From sequence record NZ_CP118102.1: DNA of 64,000 nucleotides; one strand, given 5' to 3'. The stretch is from a plasmid. Within the stretch, counting starts at the first letter, position 1. The number at the start of each line of letters is the position of its first letter. Below the pieces are notes generated by a model. It was not told where the DNA came from, did no database searches, and worked only from the letters and a program-made list of their open reading frames with translations. The position numbers and the translations under genes are program-made. Below, in pieces: positions 8,920 to 19,216 of this stretch.

Positions 8920-10962
8920 CTAAATATTCATTATTTGTTGCATCGTCTGATCCATTTGTCCAATGGATACATAAATCATAGGAAACAATAGGTATAAAAA
9001 GATCAGCAGATATGCAGGTGCCCAACCACAAATTCTTCCCCACACAACTTTTTTACTAATGAGTCGATTCATGCGATCAATCTTTTGTTCCCTATGAAAC
9101 TCTTGCTCCATTTCCAAATCATCAAAAGCCTCAATAAGTGGTATCTTTTCAAGTGCCAGCTGCAGTCGATTAACGATTCTCACAAATGAGATAAACGGTG
9201 CATCATCTTTAAGTTCTTCAAGTGCCCTTTCTGGACCACTGTCAAAGTTAGCGATGCACTTCCGTAGTGTGGGCTTAAATATTATGCTATATCTCTCCAT
9301 CCATTCGAGGATTGACTGCACATTCATTCGTTCAAATTGACTAAGAATAGAAATCACCACATGGAATTGATCTACTTCATTTTGAATTTCCATGATTCTC
9401 ATCTTTCTCTGGAATTGAGTCAACCATAGTGGAATGAAGAATCCGATACAGGCACCACCGATAGCAATGAGCAGCTCCCACCACCTAAAGTACTGATTGT
9501 TGAGAACTTCTATTTTCTCAATGATCCTGGTCACGGTATTATTTAAAGCAGCGCTTTCTGATGGAGCATCTGGCATTAATATTACCCTTTCTAAAACTGC
9601 TTCCCTGGTAAGAGTATCAGCCCCTTTCAAGTCACGAATTAGTGCATTATCAAAGTCTGTAAGTTCTTTTCCTCTTAATTTTTCTTCATCCGTCATGTAG
9701 CCCATCAAGTGTGATGCCTCTGTTGTTAGATTGGTATAAATTTGATGACTTGTATTCCAATGAAGAAAAAAGGAAAGCACGATGACCCCGATAAAGCAGG
9801 TCAAACTCACAACTATTCGTTGTATATAGAACCACTCAATCGTAAGTGGTGAGTTTGATTCTTTTAATAAAAGCGTTACTTCATAATGTTTTCTTGTTCT
9901 TTTAGAAGGTACAACACGGTCAATAATCCAACTTACACCAGGCCATTCATATACATGCTTCTCCCAATTTCGTCTAGATGTGGTCGTCATGTATCTTGAT
10001 TCCTCAATCTCACTAATCTTGCGGACAAGCAAATAGAAAATAATGCACGCTGAATAAATGATTATCCGCAAAATATAGCCAATATTTCCGGAGTAAAATT
10101 GATTCATAATCGGGAAGTAAGTTGTTGCCCAGGTTTCAATCGGAAAAGTGAGGAGAATCGGTAATAATGCGAACAAAGACAAGTTACTAAGCTTATAACT
10201 TAGACGTCTTCTTCTTAGGACATCATCCCTGATCTCTCGAACCAGCTTGCTTAGAGCATTAAGAAACATAGATCCCTTAGAAACCAAACGGTCACCGTAC
10301 TCCATTACTAAAAATGAGACACCAGCGAACATTTTTAAGTACCTATTAGGAACTACTGTATAGAAAGCTTCAAGGTCTTTCTTAGGATCTTTTGCAGTGA
10401 GTATCTCATGAATACGCTCCGCCTGAAGTTTCATATCATGAGGGGAACGTTGTGCCCCTTGGTAAATCGCTTCATCAACCAATTTCAATTCTTGATAGTC
10501 ATGACGAACTTCTTCAAGATAATTTACTAACTGTACAAGGAGCCGATCTTCAACACGCTTGACAAAAACATTAATGAGTAAAGTATTAAGAACGATAACA
10601 CCCATGATTGAAAAGAGGACCATTACAAGGTTTTTACTGAAGATAGCCATAAGCGCAATTACAAGAAAGGAAATGGCAAGAACCTTCAGTGTAATCCGCA
10701 TTGTCTCTCTTCTCAGTGTAAGCTCGTCATAAGGATTAATGGTTGCGAGACGAAACCGAACCTGTCTGATGAGTTTACCTAGAACAGGTAATTTCGATAA
10801 CTCAACGTAAGACTTCTGATAGAACACGAGAAGTCTCTTATTGCTCTCCTTCTTAGACCCAAATGTCGATGTCTTATTTTTTCGAACTGAGACATAGTGG
10901 TAAACGCTTGATAAGACTAAAGCTATCAAACAAATAATCAACAATATTTGGATGTTAATCAT
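8920..10962 (-). CDS. fused TadB/TadC-like polytopic inner-membrane platform protein
   Basis: 680 aa with at least 6 hydrophobic helices. Sits directly downstream of the CpaF-like ATPase with a 4-nt overlap, which is the canonical Tad platform position. Confidence 0.5.
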   Translation of the reverse strand: MINIQILLIICLIALVLSSVYHYVSVRKNKTSTFGSKKESNKRLLVFYQKSYVELSKLPVLGKLIRQVRFRLATINPYDELTLRRETMRITLKVLAISFLVIALMAIFSKNLVMVLFSIMGVIVLNTLLINVFVKRVEDRLLVQLVNYLEEVRHDYQELKLVDEAIYQGAQRSPHDMKLQAERIHEILTAKDPKKDLEAFYTVVPNRYLKMFAGVSFLVMEYGDRLVSKGSMFLNALSKLVREIRDDVLRRRRLSYKLSNLSLFALLPILLTFPIETWATTYFPIMNQFYSGNIGYILRIIIYSACIIFYLLVRKISEIEESRYMTTTSRRNWEKHVYEWPGVSWIIDRVVPSKRTRKHYEVTLLLKESNSPLTIEWFYIQRIVVSLTCFIGVIVLSFFLHWNTSHQIYTNLTTEASHLMGYMTDEEKLRGKELTDFDNALIRDLKGADTLTREAVLERVILMPDAPSESAALNNTVTRIIEKIEVLNNQYFRWWELLIAIGGACIGFFIPLWLTQFQRKMRIMEIQNEVDQFHVVISILSQFERMNVQSILEWMERYSIIFKPTLRKCIANFDSGPERALEELKDDAPFISFVRIVNRLQLALEKIPLIEAFDDLEMEQEFHREQKIDRMNRLISKKVVWGRICGWAPAYLLIFLYLLFPMIYVSIGQMDQTMQQIMNI

Positions 10963-12856
10963 AACTTACATGCCCCCAATGTTTGTTTAGGAAGGCTTTG
11001 AAATCACTTGCATCCTTAGGAGGCATAATCGCAAGCATTTGCTGTACTTTTTCCTTGGATAGAGGCTCACCAGCTACATATTTACCGTCCAGGTACTCTA
11101 CAATGTTACGATCTTTCCATACGCGTCCTGTTTTCCGCAGGAGTTCCTCTTTTTTAATTGCTATAAGTGCATCCATCTTGGACTCGAGAGTATCTCCGGA
11201 CTTGATCTCTAGAAGTTCTGAGTCATCATGCTCTTGATAAATACATTCAGTTATACGTTCAATATAACGGTGACCAGTGTTGCTTCTTTCAACATGGACA
11301 TCCAACTCAATGACTTTAGCCACCTGCTCTTCAGCAGTTTTTTGATCCGTAGCTGCTTGAGTGTTAATTAATGAATTTCGCAATGACCACATAAGGTCTC
11401 TAAAAGTTTTGGCATGGTGAGTAAAAACCGTAAATAAACTTGCGACTTGTCCCATCTTAATCATCCATGCAGCCACCTCATCAGTAGCGACTTCTCCTAA
11501 TAGATTGACGGTTCCATCTGTTTTCTTCTGCAAATCAAGGCCTTGTTGACCAGTTATATAGTCCGTTTCACGAAATGCGATTGTATTCCGCTGTGGATAC
11601 AGTTTCCGCAGGTTAAGTTCAAAAGCCATTTCTTGAATGCGTAAGTTATATACTGCTGGGATATACTTGACTGCTGCCATCATAAGAGACGTTTTACCAG
11701 AACCTTGTGGTCCAGTAATAGCAGTAATGCGAGCACCTTTCATTAGAAACTTCATCAACTCTCTAGGGAGCTCTGCATTTTCTGCTGTTTCATCTGATAT
11801 CAGATTTTCTAAAGACATGTTTGGAAGGTCAAATTTTCGAACCCAGAATGCCCAGCTTTCTGAAAAAGGCGGTCGGACTACAACAACCCGCGAACCATCT
11901 TTCAACTCATTTACTTTGAAACCTGTCTGTTCTGTCATTTGACTCGGATTGTCATATTTATAGATGTTGTTGACGATTCTCTTTAGCTCCAACTCAGAAT
12001 TAAAACTGAGAAAAGATAAATGAATTGATTTTCCTTTATAGAAAATCCATACACTTTCGTATCCGTGGTGTTTAATTTTTTTCATAGAGTTCATCAAATC
12101 CACTTCATCATCAAGCAGCTGCATTGAGCTAGGCACACCGGAAACCCCACCAGAAACGCCATCAACTCTCATGTTAAGGATGTCATCAATAACACCATAT
12201 CCTTTGTACTGTGAGTACACTCTCTGAACCACAACACTCAATCTATCCTGGAAATCCAGTTTAGTGTTCGCAAGTTCTGTCTTAAAGACCTTATTGATTT
12301 CTTCACTTGTGATAATGTAAGATTCTGTCGTTCCGTCTTCAATTTCTGATTTTAATTCATCGAGTTGATACTGACTTATCAGCTGCTCCAGTCCCTTAAA
12401 TCCGAACTTCTTTTTATATAAATGAAGAAGGATATCAAACTTATCTTGATCACTTAATTTTTTGGGATCATTAAATGGGATGATCCAGTTAATATTCTCT
12501 TCATTGATCCCATACTTCCGTTCAAGTAGATCGTATATGTATTGCTTGAGATATACTTTCTCTTGAATATCACCGGTATTCGCGTTTTTAAGGGCTTTTT
12601 CCAGTTCCACTACTATTGCTTTTCGTCGTTCATACTCTTCATCAGATAAACCTAAATCCAGTAAATTCGTATTGATAAAATCACTTATCGTCCTTTTTAC
12701 AAAGCCGAGTATCTGATCGATTTCATATCGTTTCCTGTCCATTTCATCTTTTTTAGATACTTGCTGGACGGGTTTGCGTCGTAATTTTAAAGTCAAAAAC
12801 AATATAAGACCGATCAAAATGAGGACGATAATCAGATAGTTTAAAGTCGTCCCCAT
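10955..12856 (-). CDS. CpaF/TadA-family secretion ATPase (VirB11 superfamily)
   Basis: 633 aa. Walker A 'ITGPQGSGKTS', Asp box 'IAFRETDY', His box 'FTVFTHHAKT', plus a long N-terminal domain. Confidence 0.7.
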   Translation of the reverse strand: MGTTLNYLIIVLILIGLILFLTLKLRRKPVQQVSKKDEMDRKRYEIDQILGFVKRTISDFINTNLLDLGLSDEEYERRKAIVVELEKALKNANTGDIQEKVYLKQYIYDLLERKYGINEENINWIIPFNDPKKLSDQDKFDILLHLYKKKFGFKGLEQLISQYQLDELKSEIEDGTTESYIITSEEINKVFKTELANTKLDFQDRLSVVVQRVYSQYKGYGVIDDILNMRVDGVSGGVSGVPSSMQLLDDEVDLMNSMKKIKHHGYESVWIFYKGKSIHLSFLSFNSELELKRIVNNIYKYDNPSQMTEQTGFKVNELKDGSRVVVVRPPFSESWAFWVRKFDLPNMSLENLISDETAENAELPRELMKFLMKGARITAITGPQGSGKTSLMMAAVKYIPAVYNLRIQEMAFELNLRKLYPQRNTIAFRETDYITGQQGLDLQKKTDGTVNLLGEVATDEVAAWMIKMGQVASLFTVFTHHAKTFRDLMWSLRNSLINTQAATDQKTAEEQVAKVIELDVHVERSNTGHRYIERITECIYQEHDDSELLEIKSGDTLESKMDALIAIKKEELLRKTGRVWKDRNIVEYLDGKYVAGEPLSKEKVQQMLAIMPPKDASDFKAFLNKHWGHVSYD

Positions 12857-13698
12857 TAAGACACTCCTTTCTCAATACTTTTAATCTTTGTGTTGACTCC
12901 TACTTCCGTAAGAATGAATTCCGCTGCTCTACGTACTTCCTGCATGAAGTAATAATTATCATGATTTCTTGTGATGTATCGATTTTTCATGAAGAATCCC
13001 TTTATATCTCCATCATTGTAGTGATCTCTGAAATTAGTATTGTAAGGAATTGAGAGAATTGGACCTTTGTAACGGTATTTATTGGCTATGTTTTTAATTT
13101 TGTATTTTGATTCAACGTCATACTGACCAACCATCAAAACGTGAGGCTTGTTATGCAGTTCCTCAGGCCAGTAGGTTTTACTTTCAAAGTACTTTTCTAA
13201 AACATTTATGTTCTGGTTAACACATACAACTATTAGATCCGAACTCTGAAGCATGGCTTTTCCTACTTCGCTATTCGTTCCACTATGAAGATCTAGCAGC
13301 ATGGCATCATAATAAGTGCTTGCCTTCTCATATATAATTTTCAATACATCCGTCGATTCTTCAAATTGTGTTTGGTTAGGTTTTCCACTATTCTTCAAGA
13401 AATCAAGGCGATCCCTTTCAATGAATAACGAGTTGTTCCTGATGGAATCATTTTGTAACTTGCCTGAACGGACAGCTCGCTCTAAAGCATCAATACCAAT
13501 TCCTGTGAAATCAAAAAATTCTGGATTAGATTGTTGCAAAGCCTTTCGGAAAGCCTGTTCTAAGGTGACGTCGGACCATTGAGGCTGCGAACAAAGAGTT
13601 CGGATCTGATATTCCATTCCAACCAGTGCTGCTATCGCAGCGGTATTACTTGTAACTCCTAAGCCATGCTGGTATCCCCAAAATACAATTTGCCCCAT
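12856..13698 (-). CDS. degenerate ParA/MinD-fold protein (CpaE-like pseudo-ATPase)
   Basis: 280 aa. The N-terminus 'IVFWGYQHGLGVTSNTAAIAALVG' aligns to the deviant Walker A region of MinD/ParA but lacks the KGGxGK lysines. Confidence 0.35.
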   Translation of the reverse strand: MGQIVFWGYQHGLGVTSNTAAIAALVGMEYQIRTLCSQPQWSDVTLEQAFRKALQQSNPEFFDFTGIGIDALERAVRSGKLQNDSIRNNSLFIERDRLDFLKNSGKPNQTQFEESTDVLKIIYEKASTYYDAMLLDLHSGTNSEVGKAMLQSSDLIVVCVNQNINVLEKYFESKTYWPEELHNKPHVLMVGQYDVESKYKIKNIANKYRYKGPILSIPYNTNFRDHYNDGDIKGFFMKNRYITRNHDNYYFMQEVRRAAEFILTEVGVNTKIKSIEKGVS

Positions 13699-13700
13699 CC

Positions 13701-14381
13701 TTAACCTCTCCTTTCAGTTTGCTTCCATAGATTTAAAGTTTCTTTTGGGCTCTGCTCAAGAATTCGTGATACGATTGACCTGATCACATCTTTGTATGGT
13801 CCTGAAATCCCCTTAAGTTTTACCGTACTGGAGAATTGATTATTGGTTTTTCTTGTTAAGTCACGCTCGTCCGGATAGTAAGTCAAAGTATCCTCCCAAT
13901 GGATAGGGTGTCTTTCTAAGAGATCATTAAGATAGGACTCGTTATGAGTACCATTGACCTCAAATAATACTTTAGTAAAAGGGTAGAGCTCAGAAATCAT
14001 CTTTTCTTGGAAGTATGATTGAAGGAGCTTTGCATTACTCTGCATAACCGGATTCTCAAATGAAGAGACCAAGTAGTACATGTCGGCTAACGGCCAATTT
14101 CTCAGGGCCTCTTCATTTTCTGCATCTATTAGTACGATATCGTACTCACCTTTTTTTAGATGCACTTCCAAATCACTGTAGCTTTTTAATCCTTCAGCAA
14201 CATCAAAGTGATCATACTCCTGAAGAGTAGTATTCATCTCCACTTTCGGATAGGCATGCATATATCTACTAGTTAATGTGCAGTCAGCTATCAAAACTCT
14301 CTTCACTTGTGATACTAGCTTGGCAATGTAAAACAACAGATCAGTTTTATCGTAATTTCCTACAAAGAGAATATGCTTCAT
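13701..14381 (-). CDS. degenerate ParA-like protein (CpaE-like)
   Basis: 226 aa. 'ILFVGNYDKTDLLFYIAKL' occupies the position of the ParA P-loop and 'DIVLIDAE' resembles Walker B. Operon context only. Confidence 0.3.
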   Translation of the reverse strand: MKHILFVGNYDKTDLLFYIAKLVSQVKRVLIADCTLTSRYMHAYPKVEMNTTLQEYDHFDVAEGLKSYSDLEVHLKKGEYDIVLIDAENEEALRNWPLADMYYLVSSFENPVMQSNAKLLQSYFQEKMISELYPFTKVLFEVNGTHNESYLNDLLERHPIHWEDTLTYYPDERDLTRKTNNQFSSTVKLKGISGPYKDVIRSIVSRILEQSPKETLNLWKQTERRG

Positions 14382-14390
14382 AACTGCCTC

Positions 14391-15374
14391 CTACTCTGTT
14401 ACCGTAGCATCAACTGGGACACTCACATTGTTATCTGTGAAAACAGCTTCTGAGTTTTGGGGAGTTTGCTGCTGATCGAGCAATGAATTCCCCGTAACTG
14501 TTGAGGTCTCAGCTACCTCTTCAGTTTCCTTCTTGGTTCCGTTCTTGCCGTTACTATAATCCTGTCTTTGCTTCTCAGTCATAGATTGCAAATCACTTTC
14601 AAGCTTCTGACGATATCTTCGTTCTAGCTCCGTTGTTGCAACATCTATAATATTGGGATCAGAATCGATCAAATCTAAGACCTTTTCATTAGCAGGGTAC
14701 GTAATAGCAGCCTCATTTTGCATGTGTGGATCCACATAGGTTAATGCGTAAATTGTGGCATCATTGATATAAGCGTCCACAATGGCACTAGACATTGTTA
14801 AGATTTCTTGCTCGTCCATCTCATACCAAATGGTTCCATTGGCTAAGTCTTTAACTTTTTTCTTGGATAGTACTATGTAGTCTTGGCCTGTTGGAAACTT
14901 AACGCGGACATCGACAAATTCATCCTTCTCCAGTTTGCTTGGAAGCTCGATAAGGCGAAACTCTTGGTTTCTCAAATCATCAGGTGTTATTCCATCTTCA
15001 TAAAGCATCGAGTCGGTGATAGGTGTATTCTTTTTCAAATTAATCTTTGTGTACTTTCCTACAATATCATTAGCATGCATAACGTTTTCTGGTACTGCTC
15101 TTTTCGGAACATTTATGGTTACAAGGTCCGATTCATGTAGAATATCACCAGCCTCGTAATCGTCTGCAGCTACCTGAACGGCTATTGTTTCTTCTTCTAA
15201 CTGCATTTGTGCAAAGTCACGTTGCTCCTCAAGAATGTTTCTTTCAGTTTCGTTTTTACCCTCGATGTGTTTGAAATAGAAGTAGCCGATTGTAACACAA
15301 ATCAGTAGTACAACAATTCCGCCGATGGAGCCGGCTAAAATCAATTGTTTTTGGCGAAATCTTATTTTTGACAT
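14391..15374 (-). CDS. CpaB/RcpC-like Flp pilus assembly protein
   Basis: 327 aa. One N-terminal transmembrane helix, then a SAF-like beta-rich domain and a C-terminal Q/T/E-rich tail. Positioned between the TadZ-like gene and the ATPases. Confidence 0.5.
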   Translation of the reverse strand: MSKIRFRQKQLILAGSIGGIVVLLICVTIGYFYFKHIEGKNETERNILEEQRDFAQMQLEEETIAVQVAADDYEAGDILHESDLVTINVPKRAVPENVMHANDIVGKYTKINLKKNTPITDSMLYEDGITPDDLRNQEFRLIELPSKLEKDEFVDVRVKFPTGQDYIVLSKKKVKDLANGTIWYEMDEQEILTMSSAIVDAYINDATIYALTYVDPHMQNEAAITYPANEKVLDLIDSDPNIIDVATTELERRYRQKLESDLQSMTEKQRQDYSNGKNGTKKETEEVAETSTVTGNSLLDQQQTPQNSEAVFTDNNVSVPVDATVTE

Positions 15375-15411
15375 GAATTTTCTCCCTTCATCTCATAACT
15401 GCCGTTCAAAA

Positions 15412-16797
15412 TTAGTCCTGAAAGAATGTCTGCATCTTCTTTTTAAGTAGTGAGAGTCGTTGATGTTGGTGCAGCTTCAATATTTCCTCTAATGTTGAGT
15501 TAACTACCTTATCCTTCTGATATGGATCTGTTTGAAACGGCAAAGAATGTATTTTCCTCTTTGGTAATTTTTTTCTTATATCATCAACCGTCTGTTTTGA
15601 AGCCATAGGAACGCACAATTTCCACCTGCTTTGATCAAGGTCAATTTGTTCCTCAAAGAAGTTCATAATGTCTTTCTGTTTCCATTCACTTCCTGACCCA
15701 ACGACGATGGATATATTTGCTCGTAAAAATTCTTCATAGCAATAACTTTCTTGATAGGCTCCCATATCAATAATGATGAAAGCGTAATTTCCTGAGTGAT
15801 AATGATAAAGTTTAAGATCCTTGACGGACTTAGCATATCTAACTCCGTCAATTGTAAATGTTGGATTTTTGAGTATTGTTGGATTATCTATACCTTCATA
15901 GGCAGCTTCAATTTCTACAAAATCGTTTGAATCGTTTGCTTCTATTAAAAGAACAGGATAATTTTCACTCGCTAGATAGTTAGCTAGCATAATGGCAGTA
16001 TGAGTACAACCGACACCACTTTTTACACCAGTTACTGCAATTACAGCTGTTCCAACAAACCTTTCTTTTTTACGCTTAACATTTTTTTGTAGTACAGGAG
16101 CAAAATCAAGTTCCTCTGTACGAATAACATCTAGATTTTTTTGCTTTTTTCCTTCGATAATCGCCTTTTTCTTCTCATCTATCTTTTCAAATAACTTGGC
16201 ACTTGTTTCAGAGATTTGACGACTAAATTCTTTTGCAGATTCACTAAATCGGGAAACTGGTTGATTGTCTAAAGAAGCATTCTCAAGAGATCCATCTTCC
16301 TTCTCAGTTGTTTCATCAGAGATTATTTCAACTTCAGTAGTGAATGTCTCTTCCTGGTATTCTTCCTTGCCTTCATCAAGTTTCTCACCAAAGCAATTCT
16401 CCTGAGGGTTCTTTAGTACAGGAACTCGAACGCTATGTCCTAAGGCTTCAAGGATTCTTACTTCAACAATTCCGGGTTCAAGATCCATATAATTAAGGCA
16501 AGTAATACCTTCATCCATTAAGCTTGAAATCAATTCATCATCTTCTCGATGGTAAATCAGCATAATTGTTGAACCAGGACGCTCAATTCGTATCTTCGCT
16601 ACGAGTCGCTTAAATGCATCGTCAGACCGTATAACATTCTCCATGAAGACAACAATATTTGATTCAATTGACTCCCACTGAGGAACAAAGAAATCTAAAG
16701 AATCAATTGTTCTGACTATTCTCCCAATATCACTAAGCTCATCAGCAAACCATTCTGCTTCATCCCTATCCGGGGTAGCTAAGAATATTCGATTCAT
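15412..16797 (-). CDS. TadZ/CpaE-like protein: atypical receiver domain fused to ParA/MinD-like ATPase domain
   Basis: 461 aa. The N-terminal ~120 aa is a receiver-like fold without an obvious phospho-acceptor context. The C-terminal 'IAVTGVKSGVGCTHTAIMLANYLA' is a deviant Walker A variant. First gene of the operon. Confidence 0.55.
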   Translation of the reverse strand: MNRIFLATPDRDEAEWFADELSDIGRIVRTIDSLDFFVPQWESIESNIVVFMENVIRSDDAFKRLVAKIRIERPGSTIMLIYHREDDELISSLMDEGITCLNYMDLEPGIVEVRILEALGHSVRVPVLKNPQENCFGEKLDEGKEEYQEETFTTEVEIISDETTEKEDGSLENASLDNQPVSRFSESAKEFSRQISETSAKLFEKIDEKKKAIIEGKKQKNLDVIRTEELDFAPVLQKNVKRKKERFVGTAVIAVTGVKSGVGCTHTAIMLANYLASENYPVLLIEANDSNDFVEIEAAYEGIDNPTILKNPTFTIDGVRYAKSVKDLKLYHYHSGNYAFIIIDMGAYQESYCYEEFLRANISIVVGSGSEWKQKDIMNFFEEQIDLDQSRWKLCVPMASKQTVDDIRKKLPKRKIHSLPFQTDPYQKDKVVNSTLEEILKLHQHQRLSLLKKKMQTFFQD

Positions 16798-16863
16798 TTA
16801 CAACCCCCTGTATTCCTGTATATATATCAATTTATTAATATACAAACATGAAATGAAAGCTTG

Positions 16864-17772
16864 TTAGCTAAGATTATAGTATTGCTTCTCCTCATTCTGA
16901 AATATGAAAAAGCTTGTTTTGAGATTTTTCTGATGGTTGTACAGATCATTATCAGTTAGAAACCAAACATAATCTGAAATACCTTCTTGCATGATAAGCT
17001 TTTGTGCTAAAGTGGCCTTCTCTTCAGTAGAGAGAAGTAAGATGAGTATGCCACCACCTTCAGTACTTTTAAGAAAGTTTTTGTAGAACTGAGCTTGATA
17101 TCTTAAGGTTTTCAACCATTTCTCGTCTTCGCGATGAACAACCAAGTAGAATGAAAGCATTTTCCCCTTTGGAGTTCGAAGTATATAACGAGCCATGGGT
17201 ATTTGTTGTTCTTCTTCAATTTTTAAAATAGGATGAAATTCAAAGTGTGTCATTTTGAAATTCTCTCGAAGTTGAATATACAACTCGTTAGTCACTGAAT
17301 ATTTCATTCGATATAGCATGGTCATAGGCCGTGTAGCCCTCGGATCTCTATTACCTAACACTAAGCCGTATCGATATTTCAATACATCAGCACCGCTAGC
17401 ACCTAACTCATAAAAACTCTGACGATTCTCACTCGGACTTGAATAAGTTTTCCATTGAATGCGCCGAATCATTCCATATTTCAACAGCTTACGAACTCTC
17501 TTTTTAACTGTTTCCTCTCTCTCTGCTTCAGGAAAGAAAATTCTTTGTAATTGAGATAGCGTAATCCAGCGGTGTACAAAAAGAAATCTTACAATTTCAA
17601 TATCCCTGTCTGTGATCCAACCATTTTTTATTTTTTCTTCGATGTAATAAAACTCATGTCTTGTTAGCTGATCCATCCCTGTAACGTACGCATATGGATC
17701 ATCCCAAATCGGTTTTGGTTGGAGTGTCGGTTCTTCCGCTGAATCTAACAACGGAGACACTTGAAATTCCAT
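16864..17772 (-). CDS. replication-relaxation family protein (wHTH)
   Basis: 302 aa. 'IVRFLFVHRWITLSQLQRIFFPE...VKKRVRKLLKYGMIRR' matches the winged-helix core of the replication-relaxation family found on Firmicutes conjugative plasmids. Confidence 0.5.
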   Translation of the reverse strand: MEFQVSPLLDSAEEPTLQPKPIWDDPYAYVTGMDQLTRHEFYYIEEKIKNGWITDRDIEIVRFLFVHRWITLSQLQRIFFPEAEREETVKKRVRKLLKYGMIRRIQWKTYSSPSENRQSFYELGASGADVLKYRYGLVLGNRDPRATRPMTMLYRMKYSVTNELYIQLRENFKMTHFEFHPILKIEEEQQIPMARYILRTPKGKMLSFYLVVHREDEKWLKTLRYQAQFYKNFLKSTEGGGILILLLSTEEKATLAQKLIMQEGISDYVWFLTDNDLYNHQKNLKTSFFIFQNEEKQYYNLS

Positions 17773-17784
17773 ATTACACTCCCC

Positions 17785-18633
17785 TTAATAAATTTCATGA
17801 GGAAATTTGCAAATTCTTGATTTAATACGCCTTCTCTCCACATCAATGTTTCTTATTTTCACACTCACTCGTTTTCCAATAAGTGAACCATGAGAGGGAA
17901 GCTTTGGTGGAAACCAAGCAAGAGTCTCAACGCCAGGTGTCAGCTTAACGAAAATCCCAACATTTTCAACGACACGTGTTATTTCCCCGGGATAAAAATT
18001 GCCCACGCCAAAATTCTCTCGGACACGATTCCATGGGTCTTCTAACAACTCTTTACGGGATACTCGTACTTGCTGTTTCTCCCTATCAATTTTCTTGATT
18101 TTAACAGTAAGCGTAGTGCCGAGTGGTACAAGGTTCTTAGCTGAATGCGTCCAATCATATTCATAATCTTGAATGGCTAGCACACATGAAACCCCTTTTA
18201 CTAAAACATACAAACGTTCCTCTTCCCATCCGGAAACTGTTCCTGTAACAACATGTCCTTCTTCAGCAGTCTCCCAAAATTCCTCCTGAAGTTCATCAAT
18301 TGCTTGCACACGAGAAAGCAAGACAATTCCCTTTTCTTCATCAAAGACCTGAAATTGTTCAGGGTCTAGCCCCATTTTCTGTACATCCAAAACCATAAAA
18401 TCAATTCGATGATCAATAAAACCTACAAGAGAACGGAATTTATGTTTATCAAATTGATCCTCATAAATTAACCCTTTAAGACCATTATTTAAATGAACAA
18501 GCACGCACTCCATTTTCTTGCCATGAGGTTCGTGTACCTCTACACCGCTCACTAAACCTTGGTGAATTTGTTTTCGACGTAAAGACGTCCTGTATTCCTG
18601 CATTGGATTTGATGAAAGTGATTGAAAACTCAC
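17785..18633 (-). CDS. S1-like RNA-binding domain protein
   Basis: 282 aa. The C-terminal 'GEITRVVENVGIFVKLTPGVETLAWFP...GKRVSVKIRNIDVERRRI' is an S1/OB-fold pattern. A weaker repeat occurs earlier in the protein. Confidence 0.4.
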   Translation of the reverse strand: MSFQSLSSNPMQEYRTSLRRKQIHQGLVSGVEVHEPHGKKMECVLVHLNNGLKGLIYEDQFDKHKFRSLVGFIDHRIDFMVLDVQKMGLDPEQFQVFDEEKGIVLLSRVQAIDELQEEFWETAEEGHVVTGTVSGWEEERLYVLVKGVSCVLAIQDYEYDWTHSAKNLVPLGTTLTVKIKKIDREKQQVRVSRKELLEDPWNRVRENFGVGNFYPGEITRVVENVGIFVKLTPGVETLAWFPPKLPSHGSLIGKRVSVKIRNIDVERRRIKSRICKFPHEIY

Positions 18634-19112
18634 GCTGATTCCTCCTTAACTTTTATGTAAAGTGCGTATTTACGATCTGTCACGAAACGAAAACCAACCA
18701 GATCCAAATCCCTACGTTTTCGATCAATTACTCTAATCGCTTTTCTTTTGAACATCTTATTAATAAATTCCTCTCCAAGCTCCGAGGACCATATTACTTT
18801 GTAATACCCTTTTGTTGGTAAATGTCCGGCTAAGTCAATGCTTATCTGAAGAGCTGAGTCACTAGCATTAATGTCATTATCTTTTTCGTTTAATTCTAAA
18901 TCTTGTGTAGCTGTTAAAATCATTTTGTTTTTACTAGACCATTCAATGAGTAAACTTGGATTTATTCTCTTTATAGCTGTAACGAATGCGTATATAGGCA
19001 CATACTCGTTCATGAGGAGACAGTTGTTATAAAAGTTCTCAAGCCTATCCACATTACAATCAGGATGGGTTAGCACAAACTCCAGTTCTTCAAGTAGATG
19101 TTTATCAATCAA
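18630..19112 (-). CDS. hypothetical protein
   Basis: 160 aa ORF with a 4-nt overlap onto the downstream gene. No recognisable motifs. Confidence 0.3.
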   Translation of the reverse strand: MIDKHLLEELEFVLTHPDCNVDRLENFYNNCLLMNEYVPIYAFVTAIKRINPSLLIEWSSKNKMILTATQDLELNEKDNDINASDSALQISIDLAGHLPTKGYYKVIWSSELGEEFINKMFKRKAIRVIDRKRRDLDLVGFRFVTDRKYALYIKVKEESA

Positions 19113-19216
19113 ACTATTGCTCCTCTCTAAATTTTCTCCTTTCCATGTATTATAATCAATTAGTTAGTTTATATATATATTAATATACAACTATATTTGA
19201 AAAAAATGAAGGGTTA

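Noticed and set aside
8723-9043. 106-aa minus-strand ORF overlapping the pilin-like and TadB/C-like genes
   Set aside because: It is in a different frame from two well-supported adjacent genes and bridges their intergenic gap. It is a shadow ORF.
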